This document shows positions 26,473 through 38,043 of a DNA stretch of 64,000 nt, piece by piece. This DNA comes from Dicyema japonicum. Lineage: Eukaryota > Animalia > Dicyemida. Every line of letters starts with the position of its first letter. Position 1 is the stretch's first letter. The notes beneath the pieces are model-generated. The model was not told the DNA's origin and did no database searches. It saw only the letters and a list, made by a program, of their open reading frames with translations. Where the stretch lies: NCBI GenBank assembly GCA_011109175.1, contig RDEW01000013.1:413476-477475 (forward strand), read 5' to 3'. A program made the translations under genes and the position numbers.

Positions 26473-29400
26473 ATGTTTACTGATGTTGAGGTTGATGCAT
26501 TAAAGTCTTTATTTCAACCAGTCGAAGAACGTTTGCAATCAATCAAATGTATAATTAACTTTTTTTAATCCAAGCCGTAAACAGAAACAATTTCATAGAG
26601 AAGATAGTAATACTAATGCTAAGTATACCTCAAAGAAATAACCCTGAGATTTACAAGTATATTTAATAATAAATATTATAGTTTATCGCAAACAAACAGT
26701 GTTGGACTCAAAAGATTCGAATTTTTATCAGATTTTTACAGAAAGTGTTTGGAGTGTTCAAAATTAGAGCTAAGTAATCTAATGGTCGATATTAGACTAA
26801 TTCTCATTAAATTCATTACCGCATTTTTATGTCAGGAAATAATGTCAAATTGTAATTTATTTTCAGGACTCCTCCTGGAACTGCTGTTTTTCGGCGTCTC
26901 ATTTATGAAGACTTTGAATTTACTTACCTTTTTCCGGATTTATTGGGGCATATTAATTTATCTGGTTTTTGTTTTTATTGACCTTAGAAAGTTCTAAATA
27001 TGATGAAATTATCAAAAAGATTCTGTACGTGGTAAGGAATCAGGTTCTGACTTGCCCTACGATTGTTGACTCATTCCAAAGCTTTCTTATTATGAGAAAG
27101 TTGTCCACGTATAAATCTCGTAATGGGAAAAACATATTCTGCGATATTGTTTGTTTTGCGTCATAACTACAGATTGTCACTCTTCCTGGTTTTGGAGGCT
27201 CTGAGGAATTCGAGGATGGTAGAAAGTTTCAGCTTCAAAGCTTTCTGGGTCCCTTCTTCTCAATTAAGGCGACTGAAAAGCGTGATTTGGAGGGATTTGA
27301 CACAAATTACAGTCCTTTACTTTTAGTAGAAAATTGTGATTCTAAAATTGACCCCATCCGAGTAATTGTTGTTATAAACTTAAGGACATATTATTCGAGA
27401 TTATTGAAAATCTTCTTAGGAATAAAACTAGTCGAGCTAAAACTCTCGAATTCTTGCAGTCTGCTCTCATATACAACAAGACACTAGCACAGCTTCAGGT
27501 TTACATTCTCTATAATTCTCAGTACGACCATAGAAAGGTCTCAAACCCTGACTTTATGCTTAATTTGATGCACGTGATTCTTAATCTTGGAGCAAAAAGC
27601 CCAATTTCAAAAGTTTGTTTTGTTTTAGTTATTTGGGTTGACTTGAACTTTCCAATGTCTAGACATGACATTCTTCGTCAGACATTCAAGGATGACTGCA
27701 TAAATATGTCAACAAAGGATGCTTTCGAGTATTTAAACTGTAATTTAATTAATGATTGTTAGCAATGAGTGATTGTGCTGGGAATGATCCCTCATTTGTG
27801 ACTAGAGTGTTTTTCATGTCAGCCTATGCTTTTCGATTGGGGGTTGTATCCCTTATTTCCCTTTATGAAAGTTTGCAAGTGAAGATTTCTAATATCACTA
27901 CTTTCCTGGCAGGACAAAGAAACAGTGAGATTGAGAGGGAGTTGAAGGTTGGTCATAAAGTTATTCTAAAGCGAATTAAAGAGTCAACTCTGGAGATTTC
28001 CGTGAGTTTGTTCAATATGCAGCTCTACGAACAAGTCAACGTGTTTTTCGAAAGATTTATATACTTTTTTCAGAAAAATCTCCAAGATTGATGCTTATAA
28101 GTAATTTTGTGTTTTATTATGTGTCGTTAATGTAATATGTCCCAATGAATTTTCTGTATTACCGGAATGGTTTGTCAATGACATTTTAGTGGCGGCCATA
28201 TTCTTCTTAAAGTTTGGTAATATATTACTTAGATTTCGACGTGATAAATGCGAGAGACTTCTCCCCATTTATGGATGGATTATTTTCTTATTTAATAACA
28301 GAAGATCGTTTTCGTCAAACCCCTACCTATCCTATAAAATAACGGAATTGTTTTGGATCACCACGGAAAACAAAAAATTAATGAATGAATTATTTGAAGT
28401 AGAAAGTGACCTCACATCCTCCCTAATTCTCTCATTTTTAGAATTCTTTTATGGTTTATGGTGATATTACTTTAGATGTGGAACAACAAAACGACAATTC
28501 CTCAGTATTTTACGAAAAGTTTAACAACAGATATTACATGGGATTATTCCTAATAAGTCTTTGGGATGACTATAATTATAAACAAAAGACTGCAGAGTTG
28601 ATTCAAGGAAGATCTGACAAAGTATTACTGAAATTTGTCCATTCCTTGCTTAACGACACAAATTACTTAATAGATGAGTGTTTTTCCAAGATAAAACGAG
28701 TTGTGGAAATTCAGCACAATCCATCTCAGCATAACGTACAATTATTGTCATATTAAGGGTGAACTTTCTCAAATAAATTATATTTTAAAGTCTCTTAACC
28801 AATTGACTAATGGGTATTTTAAATTATTGAGAAAAACATTTCGTTACTTTACGGGCATGATTCCTGATGATTTGTTTGAGCGTTTGGCAAATGCTATGGT
28901 TTCCTTCTTGAATGATTTGTTTTCCCCCAATTCGATATTGTTAACAGTGGTGGACCCTGACCGATTTCATTGGAAGCCAATTAATTTGACTTTGGCTATA
29001 TGTCGGTGTATGACTTCTCTGGCTCATCTTAACCAGTTTATGAAAAGCATGACTGTATGATTAATATTAACCTTAGGATGAGAGGAGTATTTATGTGATT
29101 GAACGTGCTGCTTCATCCATTTCATCCATGCAAAGCAATGTCTACTCCTTATTGCTAGATGATTTGTATGCCATGCTCAAAGAATTGAAGAGGCTCTCTA
29201 CTCTTTTGGTGGTAGACGAGATACCAGAAGAGGATATCCCTGATGAGTTTTTGGATCCTATTACTTCGATGTTGATGGATAATCCGGTAAGACTTCCCAG
29301 TGGACACATTGTGGACAAACATGTGATTGATCGTATTATTTTGGACACAAATCAGGATCCGTTTTCTAGACAACCTCTTACTGAAAGTGATCTTGTGTCT

Positions 29401-29499
29401 GGTTGTAGTTTTTTTGGTATTTTAGTGACTGATTTGAAACAAGCCATTCACTCATGGCGTGAGAGTTACCTCAAAAATAAAAGACAGAATAATTCTTAA
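26473..29499 (+). CDS. UFD2: U-box E4 ubiquitin conjugation factor (UFD2/UBE4), many micro-introns
   Basis: NPDFMLNL, NPYLSYK, VFYEKFNNRY, and a C-terminal U-box IPDEFLDPITSMLMDNPVRLPSGHIVDKHVIDRIILDTNQDPFSRQPL. A versus B paralog not resolved. Confidence 0.9.
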
Positions 29500-29617
29500 C
29501 TTTTGTTATTTCCTTTAATCAAAAATTGATAAATCTGAATGATTACTAGTTTTACATTAGGAGTATTAGATACTCAATCCTAGTATTGAAGATCATCTTT
29601 GCTCAACAAAACGAGTA

Positions 29618-32600
29618 TACAGAAATACAACTTATAAACGGAACACTCATTTACTCGATTTTTTTATATTGAATGATTAAATTTTTAACAAAAATAGAAT
29701 TTTAAAAATACACACTTAACTTTAGCCTTTTAAAAAAATTAAAACGCCCTATAATTAGTACGTAATTAAATCCAGTTTTTTCTGAACAAAATAAAAAAGA
29801 GAACAAAAAAAATTCTCTATTTTTTCCAAAGTTTTTTGAACCCATTTTTATTTTATTACACGTGTTGTTCGTGTTTGATGGTTCTACAACTTACATACCA
29901 AGAAAAAGGAGAAATTATTGCTTATTATAAAGTGGAAAGTCATATCCACAAATTCGAAATCTTACCGAAAGATCCCTCAGTGCTATCTCGAGAGTCATTA
30001 AAAACTTCACCATGAATAATTTCTTCGAGAGAAAAAAAGGCTCAGGGCGAAGATTTTCCCTTAACTCTGATGATCTCAAAATAATTGACAAAAAGGTGAT
30101 GTTAATTTCAATTCTGAAATTTTACGTTATGAAACGGGAACTGTTGTCAGATCACAGACAGAGGAACTACCTGAAAAGACTGAATATATCGACGTTTCAG
30201 CCTACGAAAAGGCCATCTATCGAAAAAACACAAAACGACGAGACTTTATCAGTGCACATAGTGGAACATGTTACCAAATGTGTTCTGGAATCGAGTTATC
30301 TTTAGTGATTAATTTATTTAATCCCGATGGACGAAAATTTGTCTGGAGAAAGACTGGAGAAAGGATAATTTGTTGCCTTTTTTGGAGAAAACAGGAATCC
30401 GGTCTCCAATTTTTCAGCAAGATTCAAAGCATACCTGTTAAGGTGGCTAAAGATTTTTTTAATGAACACGGAATTGAGTTAGTACAATCCCGATTTGAAT
30501 CTAATCGAGCACGTGTGGATTTTTATGAAACAAAAAATAAGAGGAACCGAATTTAATAAAAGAGTGACCTATTCGAAGAATTGAAAAAAATTTGGAACGA
30601 TCTCACGATAGAATATGCAAAATTGAGTTTACTATCACGTGTGGTCTTGTTGTGAATAATTGTATCATCATGGAGCGTCGTTCATACAATGGATCAACAC
30701 ATATTACACCCGAGAGACTAGACACTACATGCTCTACATGCGGTTTTGCCAATGCACGCAAATATGGACTTTTCTGCTCGTCTTGCCGTGACTTTTTCCA
30801 CCTTGGATGCATAAAGATGTCTCAGCGGGCTGCGTGCTCGCTCTGCCTTTGGAACTGCAGTGTCTGCATGGGAACTGGTTGGAAAACCCAGAGGATCATT
30901 CCAAACGAACACGTTGAACCAAACGAGTCCTCTAGACTTCAATAATATGGACAACCTCTTGCTCTTCTTGTCGGATCTAAGGAAAGCCATGAAGATCCCA
31001 ATCAGGATCCCAAGACCGGTCCGGATCCCCGCGGCTACATGTCTGGCCTCTGCAATTGACAATGCTCTCACGTCCGACGACCTGGAGGCCTGGCTAAAAC
31101 TCCTCAGTTTTGCTCCGATGGCCCTTGGAATTCCATTTATCGACTCAAAGGGAGATCAACGGAATACAGAGGAAAGCACGACACTTGGAAACTCCCTTTC
31201 CTCAAAAATGAAGAAGAACATCCAGGTTTTCTATGTGCATTCTTTCACCAAGACGGAAGTCAAGAAATCAAGACATTCTGATTCCAATCCTCTGTTTATT
31301 TGAATGGCCCGGAAAAACTTAAAAAGAGAATGAACCGCAAACTATTCGAAGGCGACGTCCGAGCGGCGTTGCGCGTCGTCGCCAGCGACGAAACTGTTAT
31401 GGCTGCGACACCTGAGGTGCTAGAACTACTCAGACATAAACATCCATGTGCTCCGGAAGATTACCGCCCATTCGTGCTTCCGGGAAATTTGTCAAGGATG
31501 ACCGTCACCGAAGGCGAAGTGCGACGCGGCATTTCGTCCTTTGCGGCGAGTAGCAGTGGAGGCATCGATGGCTTGCGGCCGGGTCACATCAAAGATCTTA
31601 CGGCGGAGGCTACTGCAGAAGCTGGCTGCAACCTTGTCAAATCAATTACAAAACTGGTTATGCGTATTTTGAACGGAGATATTCCTCCCCACGCAAGGGA
31701 GCTCCTTTTCAGTGCACATTTATTGGCCTTCAAAAAACCTGAAGGTGGGGTCCGCCCCATCGCAGTCGGCAACTATTTCAGAAGATTGACAGCGAAAATT
31801 GCATGCAGCATTGTCTCTCCGAGAATATCTGAAGAATTTTCCCCCTCCAACTGGGGGTTGGTGTAAGGAACGGATGCGAGGCGGCAGTGCATGCTGCGAG
31901 GTGTTTTTTTGGACAGAATGACGAACAAAACCCACACATTGGGGTCAAGCTGGACATCTGCAATGCCTTCAATTCATTGAGGAGGGATCAAATTTTCGAA
32001 ACTACAAGCAAACGAGCCCCGGAACTTATTCCACTTGTCTTCCTCGCTTACGGAACAAATTCTTCACTGGTTTTCGGGGACAAGATTATCTGTTCGGAGA
32101 CCGGAGTTCAACAAGGAGACCCACTTGGTCCACTACTCTTCGCTCTGGCCATCGATGAAATTGTCCGCTCTATAAACACACAACTTAACCTTTGGTATCT
32201 CGATGACGCCACAATTGGAGGGCCGTGGAGAAAAGTACACGACGTTCTGTCACATGCCGTGCCAGCACTACGAAACCTCGGACTTGAGATAAACATAAAG
32301 AAATCGGAGCTAATAAATATCACATACTCGGAGAGTGATTTCATCAACGTGGTCGAGTCTTTCAACTCGGTATTACCTGGAATTACTGTCGTACCCAGGG
32401 AGCGGACATACTTTCTTGGGTGCCCACTTGACGAAAAGGAACTGCGGAGCCATCTACAAACAAAAGAGGATGAACTCTCCAGAGTCACGGAAACTTTCCT
32501 TACTCGATGGTCATACAGCGTTCTTCCTTTTGAAGAATAGCATCGGCTTGCCCAAACTCCTATATGCTCTCCGATGTTCTCCCTGCTTCAAACATCGTGA

Positions 32601-34014
32601 CATCCTCCTGTCACTGGATAGGACATTGAGAAAATCAGCTGAATTACTTCTAAACATCCAGTTTGATGCGCCGAGTTGGAACCAATGCAAGCTTCCTACA
32701 CGCCTCGGAGGAACGGGTCTCAGGTCGGCGCTGGAGATCGCCTATCCAGCATATGTGTCATCGCTCTCAAGTGGAAGCCTTTTGGTCCAAGAAATCCTAC
32801 GTATTACAACCGGACTCTCTTGGGAAAAAGTCTTCGACGAAGCTCGTTGCGAATGGTGTGAAACTGGTTTGGATATGCCGAACGATCCTTCGAGGCAACG
32901 TGACTGGGATGATATTTACTCCAAGAATATCTTCGACGTGCTAAAGTCTGAGGCCAACCAGCATCGTCTTGCATGCCTCGTGTCCGCCGCCAACCATGGG
33001 AGCGGAGCGTGGCTGGATGCACTCCCGTCTTCCTCCCTGGGGACCCTATTGGACGATGACTGTATTCGGATTGGAATCGCACAACGCCTGGGAGCTGATG
33101 TTTGCGTCGAACACCAATGTCGCTGTGGAGGGATCGTCGATGCCAAAGGGCTGCACCCGCTCTCGTGCAAAAGGAGTGCGGGCAGAGCACCCCGCCATGC
33201 TGCTATGAACAACATTGTCTTGCGAGCTCTTGAAGCGGCAGGCTTCCCGGCAGTATTGGAACCTGTGGGATTGGACCGCGGAGATGGGAAAAGACCGGAT
33301 GGGTTAACTATCTTTCCGTTCACCGAGGGAAAATCGCTCGTATGGGACTGCACTGTTGTGGATTCTTTCTCGAACTCGATGATGCTCAGCTCGGCGCAGT
33401 CTGCTGGATCGGCAGCCGATCTGGCCGAAAAATCAAGATTAAAAAATATGGCGAAATTGGAGACCGCTACCGTTTTGTACCGGTAGCAATCGAGACGTCT
33501 GGTGCGGCTGGAAGTATTACAGCCTCTTTCCTAAAGGAAATCGGGGGAAAATTGGCCCACCGCAAGAAAGACGTGCGGGAAGCGGTCTGGCTGAGGCAAA
33601 GAATTGGTATCGCAGTTATTCGCGGAAACGCTTACTCCGTGATGTCAGCAGCCGCTCTCCCCCATAGTTAATAAATAATATTTTATTGTTAATAAATTTT
33701 TTGTTTAAAAAAAAATTAAAAAAAAAAAAAAAGAATATGCAAATCGTTTGTTGAATCAATGCGGAGTAGAATTTTAGAAGCAATAAATTCTCAAGGGGGT
33801 CATACTAAATTTTGAACTATTTTTGTTCTCTTTTTTATTTTGTTTGAAAAAAATTAGGTTTGAATACTTACCAAAATCTTTGACGTTTGGATTTTTGTAA
33901 AAGGCAAAAGTTAAGCTTATACTTTAAAATTCAATTTTTTATTAAAAAAAATTAATCTTTATTTATAAAAAAAAAATTGAGAAATTGGCTGTTCCGTTTT
34001 TATTTGTATCGCTA
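29618..34014 (+). mobile_element. Tc1-type DNA transposon with about 200-bp imperfect TIRs, interrupted by CRE copy C
   Basis: LTYQEKGEIIAY, SGRR, NPDGRKFVWRKTGE, ELKKIWNDLTIEY | ..ESMRSRILEAINSQGGHTKF. 29618-29815 aligns with the rc of 33815-34014. Confidence 0.85.
30622..33731 (+). mobile_element. Full-length CRE-clade non-LTR retrotransposon: PHD finger - RT - CCHC - RLE, poly(A) tail (copy C)
   Basis: 12-bp TSD AGAATATGCAAA (30610-30621 and 33732-33743); PHD at 30730-30867; GVQQGDPLGPLLF, YLDD, CRCGGIVDAKGLHPLSC, RH, RPDG, WD; five frameshifts. Confidence 0.95.
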
Positions 34015-34169
34015 TATTCTCACCTGCAAAATTAGGATTTCACAGCGCAGAATAATGACCTCCAAACAGAACAAGTTGATGGCAACCAATTGTTGTGGCT
34101 AAGTTGTAAGTTAAATACAGAATTAGAATCTCTTAGTGAGCTCATCACTAAGCATCGATCTTGCTATAG

Positions 34170-34310
34170 TCTATAGCATCACTGGGAGAATATAATAGGT
34201 ATAGGCCAATTACTTTTGTGTTAACATTATATAAATTAATCACAAAATTTGTGTCGAATGAGGTCAGAAAAATTTTAAATCCCATCACCCTCTAGCAGAA
34301 ACATCAACTT
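34170..34310 (+). mobile_element. Short RT remnant
   Basis: YRPITFVLTLYKLITK resembles RT motif 2 of RLE-type (R4/NeSL-like) elements. Confidence 0.35.
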
Positions 34311-34369
34311 ATCTTCTCCCTCAACCCCACACAAGCACGTATCGGCACGTTCTTCGATTCTTACGTATT

Positions 34370-34925
34370 AGGAATTCCAGATGCATTTGAGACTGGGACT
34401 CTCCAGAAGCCTATCTTTCCATAATTTTAGAGGCTTTTTTAGGCTAACTCCGATCTTCAAAACATTTGTCCAGGAAATGAATCTTTTATATACTATATGT
34501 ATTGGTTGTATATAGAATTCAAAATAGAATGATTTCAGATCTTCCATAAGCCATAGAGACATTTCAACATGTTAGTCTTCTTTCCACATTTTGTTATAAC
34601 ATTTTCAAAATGGCAAAGAATGACATGTTCATTTCAAAAACCAAGGATCTTTTGAGATCTAAACAGGATAACACAATTAATTGTTTTTAACTCGACCGTA
34701 CGTCGTACCAGTATTTTGTATGATGTAAAGAGAGTTGCTACGGACTTCTCAGTGCTGGTCGATATGTCGTTTTTCATAACCATTCGTTAAGGCGGTCCAG
34801 GTTTTTGTAATCTTGAAGTGTCAGTCTGGATGTCCCGATCACGGTAAGCTATGATGAGGTCGTCATTTTCGACTTCCGACGTAATTTTCGAAGTGAAAAT
34901 ATCATTTTTGACTTAAGGCGTAGGG
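34370..34925 (-). mobile_element. Decayed RTE-like APE endonuclease region
   Basis: Broken frames resembling the G.RL.EW and TW.S..GRVKNQID motifs. Confidence 0.5.
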
Positions 34926-34931
34926 ATCGGC

Positions 34932-35267
34932 CATGAATAATAATAATACTACGCTTTATGAAAGACCATATTAGCTATAGCTCCTCTCAGTCAGGCAAAA
35001 CACTTCATTTTAAGTAAAGAGCAGTTATCATAACTAATCGATGAAGGAGAACCAAGGAATGCTCTTTACTTTTTTTTTTTGGTGGGTATGAGTACTTTTG
35101 TAGACGATCCGATTCAGCAGTGAGATGTCCACCTATGGCGCCGTCACTCATCAAGTCAAAGCATAGTAGATGCCTGGAACCTTCAGTCGGAATGTACAGC
35201 GGCGAGATTTGAACTAGTGGCCATCAGGCCTTTTGCCTGGCACTCGTTACACTGCGCTACCCAGTCA
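34932..35267 (-). mobile_element. Diverged subfamily copy of the tRNA-derived SINE
   Basis: A box TAGCGCAGTG, B box AGTTCAAATC; shares gaaggttcca..catctac, gagtgacg, aagtaaaga.cattccttggttct and the tail. Possible 7-bp TSD gatcggc (34925-34931 and 35268-35274). Confidence 0.78.
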
Positions 35268-35404
35268 GATCGGCGTCGAATAACCAATGAGACAAAGGGA
35301 TCCTTGAAGAACATCATTCGGGATAAGCCGGGAATAGATTTTGACTGTCCGATGCAGACACGTCCCCTCTGAATCGATAAGGAGATAACTAATCAGAGTT
35401 TAAG

Positions 35405-35730
35405 CTATACGGGTTTTTTTTGTTGTGAAAATTTTCCTTGACACGTAGTTGAAATCTTTATGGACGTCAATAGAGCAAAGAAGTCTACACCTGTGCAGGC
35501 CAGTGCGACAAACCATACCGTATAAAGTTAATCAAGGATGATAAAAAAAATGTACCTCCAAAAACAAAGAATTTTTATCAGAGGAGCAAGGATACCAGAT
35601 CATCCTCTGAATGAGCTACTCATCTCATATCTCCAGACAAACAGGAGATATGAGCCGAAGCCCTGCTTTTTTAGAAGGGCAATTCTGGACGCTTGTCCCG
35701 GCGGACCTAGGTCCCAAGTTGTGGGATAAC
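35405..35730 (+). mobile_element. 3' fragment of a Jockey/I-like LINE
   Basis: ARIPDHPLNELL-type C-terminal motif; broken frames. Confidence 0.45.
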
Positions 35731-35764
35731 TTAGTTAGTTAAGAACTTTCTTTATTCTTTTACC

Positions 35765-36010
35765 CCAGTTAATTAATTTAATTTATTAACCCCGGATACA
35801 CCGAGAAAAGTTAAAGTAACCAACTAATAAAGTGTATCCAGTTCCACTTCTACAGAAACAGAGTCCATCCGGAATTAGCATAAAGGTAAGACGTCCATTA
35901 CATGCAGTTGTGGAAACCCCTCCAGTAGAGTGGGGAGGAGCAAATGATTTTTTTGTGCCGGTCTGGCACTGGGCGTCACCTAGACAGGTGGATCACATTT
36001 ACCCCAGTGA
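35765..36010 (-). repeat. Unclassified structured interspersed repeat (family 2)
   Basis: The reverse complement aligns with 54195-54430. Confidence 0.8.
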
Positions 36011-36023
36011 TCTTGGGACAATA

Positions 36024-36237
36024 GTAATAATAATAATAGTCTTTTCACGAGAGCCATAATATTTATAGCTCCGCATAGGCAGAACACACACTTTATGTAA
36101 GTAAAGAACAGTTAATTTTAACTAATCGTAGAACCAAGGAATGATCTTTACTTTTTTTTCTTTTTTTGTGTGTGGGTCCTTTTTAACAATCAATTCGCAG
36201 TGAGTATCCACTGATGACGGCGTCACTCGTCAAACCA
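36024..36237 (-). mobile_element. 5'-truncated tRNA-derived SINE
   Basis: Body and tail nearly identical to 55900-56180. Confidence 0.9.
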
Positions 36238-36289
36238 CAATAATAATAAGGATGATAAATGGGTAGAAGTAGTTCTCTTCTTTAAAACC

Positions 36290-37860
36290 ACGTTGAAATG
36301 ACAAGTCCGGGAGAAAATCTTTGATGTTAGACAACGAACAAAATAAAGTGACCGATTTATATGAAGCCGGATCCTTGAATTAATATTGAGAGCTTATGTT
36401 TGCAGAACAATATTGAAAGTGTAGTGCATAAATCATCAATTCTTCTCAATTCATTCACTGTACATTATCAACATAATCATCCTATTTGTGCAACTTCTGA
36501 TAGACGATCCTCCAAATTCTTTTAATTTTTGACTGGGTAAAATTTGAACAATATCCCAGCAGAACTTTTTAAACATGCCCCGGAGGAGCTAGCCAAAATG
36601 ATCACCAATGTTTTCAATCGGTCTATCCAGGAAAACAATGCGTTGGAACTGGGAAAAGGGTGGCTAATACCTCTACAAAAACCCGAGAAAGCTAAAGGTC
36701 CACTTTCCAACCTTAGACCAATAATTATACTAACTTCCATACCCAAAACACTGTCTCTCATTACATCGGACAAAAAACAAAGTGTACAAATTCCTATCCT
36801 CTGCAAAGTGGATTTCGGACGGCAGGTCTACAGCCGATGTAGTGTGGAAGTACAGATGGTATTGTACTCTATGCCAAAAGTATAAAAATCTATTGAAATA
36901 CCTGGCATTGATATGTCCCGTGCATTCTATTCGGTACACCGGGGAAAACTTCGGAAGTTCTGAAGAGTTTACTTCACCCAGACGACGTTAAAATAATATG
37001 CCTTCTCATGCAGAACACTCATCTTTCTGTCAAAATTGGCAAATGTACCTCCAACTTTTTTTCTGACTTCACATGGAGTTCCACATGGGGACTCACTCTT
37101 CGTTGTCTACCTTGAAGCTGCACTAAGAGAGTTCAGGGCCCTGATTGGAAACAAGTATTACGAGATAATTTATAAGGACAATCTGAACTTTGTTTCTGAG
37201 GATATTCAAACACTTCAGCACATGCTCAGCGTACTCCCACAATTATTTTCGAAATGGTTCTTATCCGTAAATCCCGACAAAACAGAGTTTACAACGCTTA
37301 CATGTACTGATCGGAGATCGGGCAAGTCATGGAGGAGACAAAAGAAGGTTGAATCGCTTCTAAGAGACTCTGAAGATGTTACTCGTAGGAAGATCCTTGC
37401 TATGTGTGCACTGAAAAAATATTGTCAATATGGAGCCATAAGAAGAGGATAGGACTAAACACCAGGCTTAGAATATACAAAGCTTTTGTCATCAGGTGCT
37501 AACCTACAATTGTGGGACATGGGGAATCTCTAAACGGGAAATGGACCGTCTTGACTTTTTCCACAGTGCTCAGTTCAAATCGCTAATCAAGATCAACTGC
37601 CATATGAAGATCTCTAATGCAAACCTTTATAATAAATGCAGATCCGGCGTGCTGTCAGATGATATTTTCAAATCAATATGGAGCCTCTTTGGCCACGTGT
37701 TACGTCTAAATGACCAGGTCTCCGCAAATGACGCAATGGACAACTACTTTGCACACACAGGAGCCGGAATCCGCGGAAGGCCAAGAACGACACTTCCGAC
37801 TATTTTGAACGAAGGCCTATCGAATCCATTTGTAAGTTTAATCTCTTTAAGGGGTCCGAT
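36290..37860 (+). mobile_element. Decayed RTE-like LINE RT
   Basis: IPAELFK, LIPLQKPEKAKGPLSNLRPI, GRSTADVVW, GIDMSRAF, GVPHGDSL, LTYNCGTW, RGRPRTTLP. Confidence 0.85.
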
Positions 37861-38043
37861 AGTGACTATATTTTTTAAATCTTAAAGTTTTTTTTCTAAA
37901 GTTTAGATAGTCCATGTATTGAGCGTAATGAGGTTAGTGATTGGAGCAACTACTATTTTTGAGAGCTACGCCATCAACTCAACCAAAACAGTGAGACTAA
38001 TTAAAAAGATAAATTGTTTTAATAAAAATAATAAAAATATAAT

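Noticed and set aside
30860-30945. Programmed ribosomal frameshift between PHD and RT, since both full-length CRE copies change frame there
   Set aside because: The direction differs (+1 in copy C, -1 in copy B), so independent indels or sequencing errors are more likely.
35830-36000. Spliced-leader RNA reading of repeat 2 (AAGGTAAG donor, ATTTTTTTG Sm-like site, hairpins)
   Set aside because: The A-rich tail indicates the opposite strand is sense, and the Sm-like site is degraded in the 54132 copy; too weak without RNA data.
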